Shown: in pieces, positions 51,151 to 62,476 of the stretch
Layout: the number at the start of each line of letters is the position of its first letter
How positions within the stretch are numbered: the stretch's first letter is position 1
Origin: Phoronis australis
Lineage: Eukaryota; Animalia; Phoronida
Assembly (NCBI GenBank): GCA_002633005.1
Contig: NMRA01000029.1
Span: 698,956-762,955 of the forward strand
DNA: 64,000 bases
Direction of reading: 5' to 3'
Made by a program: the position numbers and the translations under genes
Notes under the pieces: model-generated
Told to the model about the DNA's origin: nothing
Databases searched by the model: none
The model's input: only the letters and a program-made list of their open reading frames with translations

Positions 51151-52996
51151 ATGTATTAAAATTTGCAATTTATAAAGTGACCTAGCCGACAGAGAACACA
51201 TTGCTGTCTGAATGCTTCTTACATGTGTAGTCCAAATGTGTAGCCTACCGCCAGACTTTTTTTCATGTCAATTTTAGTAAAAATACGGTTCGCTGATTAT
51301 CCCAGACATGTTTTTCAGTTACAATGGCTTCCCGTAATTTTATTCATTAGTGCCTTACCCAGGAAGTGACGTTTAGGGGGTTTAGAATTTCCCGACATTT
51401 CGTTTTCATATAGTCTGACTGTGTGACCTGTCGAGTATGTCATTGTTTTACCTCGATTTTGATAAATTCAGTTGTACTTTGCGTTTGTTTACGAGACAGT
51501 CAACGTGCAGCACGATTGCTGCATACCGGGATGTAGGCCTACGCGTTATCGTCTCACGCGCACTTTGAGTATATCAGTAAACCGCTTTCCGAGAGATGAC
51601 ACAATAGACATCGCTCCATCGTACTTGGCTCGGTCGGTCGTGTGAAGAACGCAGCGTTACCGTCCACGCAACGCACAAAGCAGTGGAGAATTACCGAGTG
51701 TGTGGCAAGCATTTTCTACCGTTGGATTACGGAAGAGACACGTACGCAGAATCGATGAAGTTTCCTGCAAGCTAACCCCTGAAGAAGGGTGCCATACTGT
51801 CGCTGTTGATTCCCGGCAGTGCCCCGTTGCCACACCGAAAATTGCATTTCTGAGGCGAGTGACCTCACTTCGCGAGCTGTGGCCTCTACAGTGATTGAAG
51901 GCGCTTCATCTACTATCATCGTGCCTCCGAACGTACGCTAGGGCGTGCAATTCCGGGAACTCGCAGTGATTTGCCCTGTGCTGGTGTTGTCTCCAGCTCA
52001 GAGCCTGTAAGCAGCCCTGTTAGTGAATACAGGCCAAGTTTGACACCCAATGGGGAGGACATTTCGTCGTCCAGTGGTCAGGCCGCCCGTTGAACCAAAC
52101 TTTGATAAATTTATTTTGGACTAAAGTATTGGAGCTATTTAGAATGTGACAGGTGTTGCGAGGGAATCACACGGCTGGATGTAAGCGGTTTGGGTGCTCA
52201 GGTCACCATCCAGTGGGAACAGCATAGGCGCTCCATTGAGGTCGGCATTAGCTCACTTGCGAGTTTCTCGGTAGTCAATGTGACGTCACCGGAAGAGGGG
52301 CAAAACCCGCCATATTGGTCTTGTTTTGCCCCGAGTCTTTGCTACACACGTCAAATCTTACTAGAGTTCTTATGGTGAATTTTACGCTTAAAACGTTAAC
52401 ACCACTTAAGAGATGGTAGATGGATCGTGGAATAATTGTGGATGGACGAAAAAAATGTGAACTTGTCATGTTGTGCGAAGCTGTGAAAGGACTGAAATTG
52501 GAACTGAACTCGGTCTAGACCTGAATGCCGCAGGCATACACAGGGGCGATAGTATATCCCCAAAAAGTTACTCATTTCAAAATACAGCTAATAAAATCAA
52601 ATGAAACATGCATATTTGCACATGGAGTTATTATTAACACATACCCTGACTCTGGATACATTTATTCTACAAATAACTTGAACATATCCATGAAGACTTC
52701 GCAGTTTGATCGCTCGAGTTTCTCTCACCATTTTGAGGAAGTTATGTGAAATCACGCCTGTTGACGAACAAAATGTCCAAGGGACACAAATCTTACAAAT
52801 TTCACGTGATATTTTTCATGCTATTTTGCAAGTGTCGCGCCAGGTCTCGCGCTGAGTTCAGTCTCGCGCTAGCTGTTGCCTCATACTCACCTGACTCAGT
52901 TGAAATACTTTGTGGTTATCGCGCGCGCGGTCAAAGTTAACAGCAACCACAAAGTGGAGTTGGAATTCTTCGCCAAATTCACCTGAATTCCCGTAG

Positions 52997-53046
52997 CTGT
53001 GCTTCATCGAAGATATGTTTAGAAGCAGAAAGGGTCACTGAAGAAA
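52997..53046 (+). CDS. Candidate small exon (CASSKICLEAERVTEE), phase-compatible with the TSP1 exon at 56224
   Basis: ttcccgtag| ... |gtaagc; loosely resembles the CxxxKxCxxGxCV end of an ADAMTS disintegrin-like domain. The acceptor could instead be at ~52944. Confidence 0.3.
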
Positions 53047-54168
53047 GTAAGCGCCTTTTAGGTGATAATTTTAGGCGTAGAAAGTATTTTTGACGAGGTG
53101 AAAACTTAATCAGTGAGCGGATTTCGCCTACCGCCCGTTTAAATACACGGGACGAAATTAGTGCAGAACGCGGTAGAACATATTGTTGCGCGAATCTTAA
53201 TTTCATTTGGCATAACAGCAATGCTTGTTTGGCATTTTTTTAACTAAACGGCTAAAAACTTGAAGAAAATAACAGAATACACTCTGTTACCGTATTGGGC
53301 AAATGGCCAAACGACAAGCTTTTGCCCCACTTCCCGTGACGTCACAGTTAAGTCTCACATATTCTCGCGTTATTGTTATAAACTCGCAAAAGGACTAAAG
53401 CGAGGCTCCCTGCGATAAACAAAGTGGAAATTTACATTGCGTGAGTAAATGGCCGGTCTTTGGAGTTCAACCTGAATATTAAATCTTGAAAAATGTGTCA
53501 ATAATTAACCACATAGACGTAGAAAAATACAGTTAAAGAACAAGTCAATGCACCAAAGAGTTGTCTGACGAAAGGATATAATTTTTTTTCCGGAAAACTA
53601 GGTTCGAAACATGAAAAGTAAACATGACCAAATTGCGGCGATCGTAGTGTTATGGATTAGGTATCATGCTGAATGCAGGGTTACGTTTCTTCTAATAAAT
53701 TCTGATAAAAATGCTTTCTACACGAACCAGGTCATCTGGTCGTATTGTCAACGAGTTGAAGATATATTCGACAGTGGTGGCTCATAGCATTTTGCTGTCA
53801 TGTGTAATTAGTCACATCTGTTTTAATTTGTTGATCAAGAGTAGGCCTATTAGCTTCAAGCATAGCCTAGATCCTGGTGAGGTAGGCACTACCGGGACTA
53901 ACAGTTGATTTGTCATTGATCTGAAATAATACTTAATGTTATTAAATATATATTTTGATTACGATAAAAAACCAGGCTTGCAGTTGAAAATAAAAATTAT
54001 GTGACCATCAATTCTGCTTTCTTGGTTTTAATAATTACGTCTATTTCATGTGTTATATTTTTCAAATATCAATCTCGACCAAGTTGAATTTTAAAATTAA
54101 AACACCTTATTCTTTCGTCCAAAGCATAACGTAGTTTTAGAGCTCAATTTCAGTTAACTGCACAGAAC

Positions 54169-54327
54169 ACAGTGGCGGATTTAGAGGGGAGCCAAGGGGG
54201 ACATGCCCCACTAAAATTCTCCCAGATTCCATTTGGCAGTTCAGGAGCGCGAATGTCTGACGGGCGAAATCCTGGCTAACACTCTGCCTTGCGCCCCGGC
54301 TAACTCAAAATCCTGGATCCGACCCTG
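54169..54327. mobile_element. Short GC-rich MITE, hAT-like
   Basis: cagtggcggattt ... ggatccgaccctg termini; a similar element lies at ~54859-55112. Confidence 0.55.
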
Positions 54328-56223
54328 NACAAACCCAGAAACCGCGAAGCATTATATCTGGGTTGTAAACAATTCATAAATGAAACTTATATACTTAGAG
54401 GTATATACAATTAAGTAGTATCTAAAATAAGTATTCCAATACTTAGACATGCTATTACAGATATATAAAAACAAAAATATTTACAGATTCATGTAAGGAA
54501 ATCAGATGCAACAATATTGATAAACGGTACATAAAAATTTGCGAACGTTGCTTAGGAGGAATTCGTTGAGAACAAAGTCAAGGTTAGGACTACCATTCAG
54601 TAATAATGTAACTCTAGTAGGGATGTTATTACAAGAATTGAACTCAAAGTCCTGGTTCCCCACTGGAACAAGCATAGTTATCATGTTTCTTCAGAGGTCT
54701 AGTTCATATCCGAGGGGAAAGGTGCCTGTGCGGCCTTCTGAGAGGGGAACGTTTCGCCGAGTGACGGGTCAGTGAAAAATCTACTGACCTCCCGATCACC
54801 ATCATTAGCACCCCGCCCTCATTGCAAGCTCTCATAGCTCTGTCTCAAGTAGCATTCTCAGTGGCTGATCTAGGATACCATGAGGGGGGGCCGACATCCT
54901 CGGAGAAGCGGGCAAACCGCGATTGTATGCACGCAGGCGGCCCGGAAGTTGCGGGCGCCGAGGATGTTTACCTTCTACAAAGGAAATCTGTCGTTGGACT
55001 AAAAAAACGGAACGTGTTTCCCCCCCTCGTCCGCTTCAGGCGTTTTGCTGGTTTATTTTTCTTGCGGCAGTGAACTTGAGGGGGGCCCAGCCCCCCCCCA
55101 AATCCGCCTATGATTTTGTACTTTTTCAAATTGTCACCTCTGTGGTCACAGGTGATTTGAATCGTTGGAGAGAAATTTTCAGTCACAAAGGGAATTTTTA
55201 GGCCTCGTGGGACCGGGAATTTCGCGTGATTTTTCAATATTTTTGAGAGGGGAATAGGGCCGATATTTGGCCCCAAAATTGAGGGTTGAGGGCCCTGACC
55301 TTTTTGTAAAGAAAAATGCATCACGCTTCAACCCATAGTCATGAAAACACAGCCTGGCTGGCCGAAGAATCTCCGGTCCTCGTTGCTATATGGCGGCACC
55401 CGAGATGCGACAAATTATGATTCGAAAATAGTTATAAATTTTACACGGACGTATTTTCCTTCGTCAGTCGCGGCGTATGGCAAGGACCCAACGCTTCCGA
55501 ATCCCAACGTCCTTAGGGATTGTAAAACAGACAGTTGAGTGTCCGTATTTTTTCTAGCTGTTCGAGCAACGCGGAGTACAACTACGCGGATAAGCCACCA
55601 GAGCTATCGTAGCGAGCCTCGTTTTGGAACACGCCTCCTGTCGGCGTGAATAGGGTCTATAACAGTACACACCTTGCATTTGTACCAAGACGTCCCACTG
55701 CGTCTGTCCTCAGTCTCTGAGTCATCCTCTCAATAGCTGTCTATATTCTGCCTCACCATAGTCGGGCTCAAACATATACCCACTGCAACTAAAATCTAAA
55801 AGATTCCTAAATCCAAAGTAATTGAGTTCTCTAACAACCTAGCTTGTCGTAGAAAACTCGTCGATGGGAAGTTGTCGACGATAATTTTAGGAGACCAGCT
55901 TACAAACAACAATAGAACAGATCATCACAGTAACTCGAACGCACTAGAAACGAAAATACGGTAAATTCTTAACCCCCTAAACGTCACATGCGGTGTAGTG
56001 CACGACTAATTAATACAATTACGGGGAGCCTTAATTAACTGAAGCATATGTCTGGGATAATCCACGAACCTTATTTTTACTAAAAAGGGCACGGAAAAGG
56101 TAGCCTTCCCCTTGCCCCACACTCTTCCTGGCCGTTAATAACGACGCCTCTGTTAATCAAAGCAAAATCCAGAGCTTATGTTCTTTTACCACTATAATTA
56201 AGGACTTGACGTTACCTTTTCAG

Positions 56224-56403
56224 TCGATGGTCAATGGAGCAACTGGTCCAGCGACGACGAAAGCACAGACTGTTATTGTAAGAAATTTAAATATACCACT
56301 CTGAGAAGATATTGCACAAATCCGCCTCCTCAAAACGGCGGCAAGTCTTGCGATGGAGTGAAAAAGCGCACTGTTCGTGAATCGTGCGTCCCCACAGTGG
56401 AAT
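56224..56403 (+). CDS. Exon (phase 1-1, 180 nt) encoding a TSP1 repeat (absent from the ORF track)
   Basis: ccttttcag| ... |gtaagt; encodes xDGQWSNWSSDDESTDCYCKKFKYTTLRRYCTNPPPQNGGKSCDGVKKRTVRESCVPTVE. Confidence 0.88.
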
Positions 56404-57575
56404 GTAAGTCTGTTCCGGCCACCCTTCCGCCAACTTTCACCCAAGTCACCAAAGGGCAATCATCCTCCTTTTTTGACATATCCGCTTTGTCGTTTACTTG
56501 CGTTTTGAGACTAGCCATGATGACGATCTACTAGCAGCTGTCCGTTTCTTTCGCCGGTTTAACACTTGCTGGTGTATGGGAAATCTCCGAGGCCGCAGGA
56601 AGCGTCACGTAAAACGATGGGAAACAGAATTTTAGCGAATGAAAATATATTTAAAGTCGAAACTAAGGTGAACTCTTTGTATATTTCCACACAAAATGCG
56701 GAGCATTCCTTAACAAATATGTCTGCTGATATGTCTTCTAGTATTAAAATACTAGAAGTATTAAAATACCAGCAGACATAATCGAGACATTCGCCTAAAC
56801 TACATGTATGTGTTGACAAAGCATTGGCAGTAGCAGTGCTGGGTTGTTGCATGGTCACAGATCGTCTCCATTTAATTAAAGTACAGTCCTCACAGACGAA
56901 CGTCGCAAGACAACACAGAGCTATCTCCGAAATTCCATTTATCAAACCCTTTTGTGAGAGCAACAGAATCATTCTGTAGACGAAATTTGCCATTCTAAAG
57001 AACAACGTTTGATTACCATCTGGCAAAATAAAAGATTTGGACTCCATGTCCATGTTTGCTGCGTCGCACTCCTGAAACTGGTTATATACAAGCACAAAAA
57101 ATCCCGCATAGTTTTTGCTCGATTTAGGTGGATTTTTTTTCTTTTTTTGAAAAAATGAGCAACTAAACACACCACTCCGTGGACTCCACATTAAAATAGC
57201 ACAGACCAGGACCAACTATGCTCTAAAAAATTAAAATATTTACTTTCTTGAAGGGAACCTATCAAGAACAAGTTGCTTGATTGCTACGAGACTCGCCACA
57301 TGCGATAAAAATTAAAAGAACAACCTTAATATATTATTATATTCCACAAAGAGTGTACGGTATTGTGATGCACTTGAAAGCCACCAAATTCATTCCAATG
57401 AAAGGATTTGGCAACTATGTGTAAGCAGCAAAAAAATTTCACAGGGATTTGCAAACGCGATTGTTCTTTGCCAAAGTTTTTCCGTTTTGTGACATTTGAG
57501 GCTAACAGCCTAACGCTAATTACAGCACACCAGACTACTTTAACTATTGGGAGTTGTTTTGTTATCGGTTTGACG

Positions 57576-57962
57576 AAAAATATACACTTTGTATAAGAGT
57601 ATTTGGGCTGATAATCTTACTTTAACAGAGAAAGGAACAAGATAATACCAATTCCATAACCAAAACTGGTGAAAGATATACACTTTGTATAAGAGTATTT
57701 GGGCTGATAATTTTTCTTTAACTGAGAAAGGAACAAGATAATACCAATTCCATAACAAAAACTGATGAAAGATATACTCTTTGTATAAGAGTATTTGGGC
57801 TGATAATCTTGCTTTAACAGAGAAAGGAACAATATGATACCAATTCCACAACCAAAACTGTTGAAAGATGTACACTTTGTATACGAGTATTTGGGCTGAT
57901 AATCTTGCTTTAACTGAGAAAGGAACAAGATAATACCAATTCCACAACCAAAACTGTTGAAC
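57576..57962. repeat. Tandem repeat, 96-bp unit x4
   Basis: atatacactttgtataagagtatttgggctgataatctt...ccaaaactg recurs every 96 bp. Confidence 0.95.
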
Positions 57963-60249
57963 TAGATCTTTTAACCTCACAAAACCACTCTCGTAGGATC
58001 CTATTCCTTTTTCCAACAAGAACGTCGAAATGGTGCAATAGGGACTTAAGAAAATGATTCAGTTCTTTGAGGTTTGCCAACCCTAAAACTGATAATTAAA
58101 AAATGCCGCATGTACACCATAACTGTGACTTTAGTTGTCGGCTCATGTGCTTTTTAAACCCCAAACTGTGAGACCTAAGAAGACATCATTGACAGTGTGA
58201 ATTCGTAGCTGTGTTAATGGTGTAAAGAATGCCAACCTTTTTATGACTCAGACTTTTGTTACACTATTTCAAATTTTGGCCAACACACAACAGCCTTACA
58301 AAGTCTAATGATTTGATTTGTTCAACAGATGTCACTTCTTGCAACTGCACACTGCACCACCCAACGATCCACATTGCAACACAGTTCACAAATATTGAAG
58401 GGGCAATGCATGGGCTTCTAGAGGGCAACAACAGAATGCTCGCGTATGAAACCCCCCATTTCCCTGTGCAGCCAGCAAACACTTACCCTAGTTCAGTCGA
58501 CGTGCAGACGCTGCCTCATTGTCATCCCCCAAGAAATATTCGTGGACGCTATTGAATCTTGCTAGACGAAAGACTAGACGGTCAACAAGAGTTTAAAAAT
58601 ACCAATACAATTTTATATTACAAACCAAAAAGGAAATGCGTTTTCATCATCATGATTATAGTACTAAGTGACAAAAATATCTTTCTCAGTGAGGCCTTAT
58701 TAATTAATTAATAATTAGTTAATCAACCCGTTAACTTATGTTACACTGCTAATTGTATAACGTTGAACTGTATAAATATTTGAACAAACTCGTACTACAG
58801 TATGTGTGAGTTTTCAGTTTCACCTGCTAAAACGTCGGAACCTTAAAAGAAAATTTGACATTAGCCACAAACGCACGTGCGCAACCTGGGAAGCTCATTT
58901 ATATTGAGAAGTGAATTATTTGTGACTTCACTCGCGCCATACGTTGGCCACATCGCGTGACCTATATTAAAGTCTAAGAATATTGCCCGGGTATGAACCT
59001 GAGACTTTCTGCTGACAAAGGGTAATAGCAGAAAGTGTCGGGTTCGAACCCCGGTAGAGACGCTGAGAAACTGTTTTAGACTTAATGTGATGATACCAAC
59101 ATAGGACGAGTTTGAAAACTAATACTTCTTGGTTTATTGATCTTAAAGGAGAATGCCACCCAAAAAAAAACAACATATTTTGTATCAGTTGAGATCGAGT
59201 AGTTCCACTCGATAACAGAAAGTACAGTTCCTTTACCTGACTTCTGACGGCAGACGGATGTGTTGAAATCAACAAATGACTGACGTCAGAGGTTCGAACG
59301 CAGACTGTTCAGCAGTTCACAACACGCTTACTGGTGTCAGATTATCGCTTGAATTTATCGTTTTACACCACTAAATCATCAAAATTTGATGTAAAACCCT
59401 TACAAATACATATCGATTTATTGAACAAACGTGTTGTTTTATTTCGGCGTTACGGATGTATAGGTAGTTGAATTAACGTACCATAGCCTACAAAGTTCGG
59501 TATTCCAATTTACCACAGTCGGTTGAGGGAGTGTGGGGTCTGTTTGGTGATAAATTCTAATTATAATACGGACAGGAGAACATAGGTTGTGTTGTAATTT
59601 CAAACTTGCGATTTTTTTAGTTCTAAACACACAAAACGCTTGTTATCCCGGCCAGTTGCTCGGAACTCGATCAGGCCCTTTGCGGCCGGACTGAAGACAT
59701 CACGAACATAAACCAGCCAAAGTTGGAAACTAAACTTCCAGTCACGAAAAGACTATACTTGTGAGTCAAAAAATAATGTGCACGTAATTATTTTGGTGAA
59801 TTAGCTAAGAAACTGCAAATCTACTTACAAGGTTGTCAGGTGCCGCAAAGTAGGGTTACCCTTCCATAGAACCGTCAGGGTAAAAGTTGTACTGTAACAA
59901 TGATTCAAATAATGTATATGAATATCTAAATAAAGACTGTCCTAACATCTGACCATAGGATATACAGTGTAATTTTGAGTTATTGTTTCGCAACAGCTTT
60001 CTGTCATAAAACACTAAATTAGTGCCCGGTCAATTAGTTTATTGCACTCTAAAGCAGGTAACGCAGTTATTTATTCATTGCTGGCTTCTCAAAATATTTG
60101 CACTCACGAACACTCCAAATGCATTACAAATTGTATTTAATGTAACACACTATGCTTCAGTTTTATATAAGCATTGTTTAGAGTGAGGACAATTCATTTT
60201 GAAATAGAACGCACAACGTCAAAGTGGCAACTCGCAATCCCTGCGACTG

Positions 60250-60988
60250 CTCATCCGACGAAGACTTCACAGGTCGATCATTAGGTTTCACAGGCTATCA
60301 GTTCGAACCGGAATACACTGATCCAGAAATACCATAGAGGCGCCGTGAACGTGCACAGACAACGGAACATATGGATAGTTTCGGAAACCATTTGAATCTT
60401 CTTCTTCAGCGTTACCGGCCATGTAGTCTGGTCTTCTGGGCGAAATCTGCAATTCGCCGGAATGATGCCGTCGGGCCCCACAGTTTTACCTTGAATTCCA
60501 CCGGACTGGGCCATGTCTGGCGCCTTAGGGTATCGAACGTAGGGCAGCTCTGCAGTAAATGCTCAGGTGGCTGGGGGCCAGTGCAACAGGGGCACTCGTC
60601 TGCGTGGGAGATTTTCTAGCGATGCATGTGGGAGAGCAGCTGGCAGTGGCCAGTTCTTAGCCTGGAGATAGTGACTTGTTCTTGAAGGGCAAGCTGGTGG
60701 ATATAGTCTTGTTCAGTCCCCAGACGTAGGCGTTCTCAACTATTTGAATGATTTTTCATGGTGTCAGTGCGCTAACTGCACGATAATGAAAACGATTGAC
60801 GCTTGCGTTTGCTGCCACGAAGTTCCGCAAGTGAAACGCCTTGGAGAAGCGTAGATGTGTCTCACTGACCAGCCTGATTTTGCACCTCATCTGAACAGAG
60901 GTCTGCTTACGACGTTTTATATGGCTGGGAAAATGAACTGGCGAAAACATCCTACACCCAGAGAACCAAACAGAAGCCTAACGTCTGA
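60250..60988 (+). pseudogene. KolX-like protein (P2X7 C-terminal/nanor-like Cys-rich domain), interrupted by a LINE
   Basis: GYQFEPEYTD...HLN [insertion] DFSWCQCANCTIMKTIDACVCCHEVPQVKRLGEA*MCLTDQPDFAPHLNRGLL. The frame is restored when the insert plus one TSD is removed; two in-frame stops. Confidence 0.8.
60398..60741 (-). mobile_element. LINE 3' fragment (I/Nimb/Ingi group)
   Basis: Minus strand encodes RTGHCQLLSHMHR..ISHADECPCCTGPQPPEHLLQSCPTFDTLRRQTWP...KLWG, ends in a (GAA)n tail and is flanked by the 8-bp TSD ATTTGAAT (60390-60397 and 60742-60749). Confidence 0.85.
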
Positions 60989-61199
60989 GTCAGTCATTCG
61001 TACAGGTTAAATAAAACGTTATGCTCTCATGCCTTGAATTAATTGTAATTAGTTACGTTTTCATGACCAACTACAATTCTTCATAATCAAAAACTGATCA
61101 TCTGAACCGATCCGCATTTATTTGCATCCTGCACAATATCTAACTTCAGCCTCAGCCTCTTTTTGTGCCTTGGCAAGAGCTGTTTAGTAAGCCGGTGGC

Positions 61200-61436
61200 A
61201 TTCGATCGTCAGTGAAATCACTGTTGACGAAATGCTGGCCACAGACACGCAGAGAAGTTTGAAAGCCTCATACTTATGTTACGACGTACTTTTCAATCTT
61301 CACGCGGCCTAGTACGAGCCATTCCCAAAGCATTGTGGGCTCTCGAGGAAATCGCAAAAACGATATACCCGCTTTCCTCGCAGCTTCATAGTACACAAAA
61401 GCGGGCACAATACAACACTCCATAGCGGCACTCATT
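61200..61436 (-). pseudogene. THAP domain remnant (N-terminus of the Kolobok transposase)
   Basis: CCIVP...GISFLRFP...WEWL...LRVCGQHFVNSDF with in-frame stops, close to the right TIR. Confidence 0.75.
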
Positions 61437-62327
61437 CTGCCGAAGAACCACTGACGTCGTCCCGTCGTTTCTCACCTTCCTAACTGGTTAACGCGACACC
61501 TCTCGGCGAGGTAAGATCCACTGTTTGCGAGGAGATGTGGATATAGACAATTAAGACGATAAAAAAGACTTATTAAATCGGGTGGCATTCTTCTTTAAAA
61601 TTTCAGCACTCTTTCCTTATGAATGAAACTTTACAAAGATTTGTGTCAAACGTGCAATTTGCTACTGGGACATAATCGACTTTTTTGTATGAAATTTACA
61701 AAAAGCAACTATCTATAAATTTTATATGAGCAATTCCATTTGTGACGGGCGTACAACGAGCAAAGATACTTTGCAACGAGAGAACATTTTGATCAATTGT
61801 GAAAAAAGTTTTCATCCTAGAAAAATAATTAGTACATCAAATGATAGGTCAAATTGATAGCTTTCAAAGCGTGTATCATTTTTCCTTTATCTTTTAATCT
61901 GACTGAGAAAATTGCCTTTTAAGGGGATGACGTATGTACGCAAAGAATTTTAAAAAATAACGTTTAAGTTTCTGTGAGTTGCATAAGTTACAGTTTTTTG
62001 TTTTGTAAAATAATTTAGTGGAATGTTTGCAAAGTACAACACAAAAATTTTTTCTGATGATATCTTCTAAGAATTTTTTATCAGACAGCTCGATACAAGT
62101 TGAGTTAGTGTGACGGATATACGTGACCGACGTACGCTCTGAATTTCTAGTATTAGATTGTTTGTTGTGACTAAGATATCAGATCAGAATGATTCAAAAT
62201 TTTTCTGTATTTACGCTATATTGGTCTTTTGCTACTAATTCAATGTTTTTTTTAATTAAAAATGTACCGATTGATCTTTTTGCACGAAATCATCACACGT
62301 ACGCCTATGCTAGGAATATACGTCAAG

Positions 62328-62476
62328 GCCCAGTTGCATAAGTTATACGCCGTATAGCAACAATGACGTTGCATTATCACGCGTCACGTTGTTATTGTTG
62401 AACATTGCACCTGACGTCATGCAACAATCAAACTTATCCAGCGGATAACTTTTGATGCTTTATTGAACTCAGCCCA
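62328..62476. mobile_element. Short MITE, Harbinger-like
   Basis: ggcccagttgcataa ... ttattgaactcagcc imperfect TIRs. Confidence 0.4.

Larger units (their letters stand above)
59147..61594. mobile_element. Kolobok DNA transposon, internally deleted and decayed
   Basis: TTAA|aggagaatgccaccc ... gggtggcattcttct|TTAA: 15-bp TIR with one mismatch and a TTAA TSD; contains KolX-like and THAP remnants. Confidence 0.85.

Noticed and set aside
48625-51160. Target-site duplication for the RLE-USP element
   Set aside because: Only a 5-nt aatgt match near both junctions, which is expected by chance in AT-rich DNA.
55341-55538. Hemopexin-like QPGWPK motif
   Set aside because: A single short motif with weak splice signals; insufficient support.
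56220-56518. Minus-strand ORFs resembling a membrane-protein N-terminus
   Set aside because: Antisense shadow of the + strand TSP1 exon, which has better splice signals and motif match.
57540-58019. 159-aa ORF with a repeated Trp/Tyr-rich 32-aa unit; spacer-repeat or CRISPR-like appearance
   Set aside because: By-product of a 96-bp tandem repeat whose length is divisible by 3; there are no unique spacers, no cas genes, and the context is eukaryotic.
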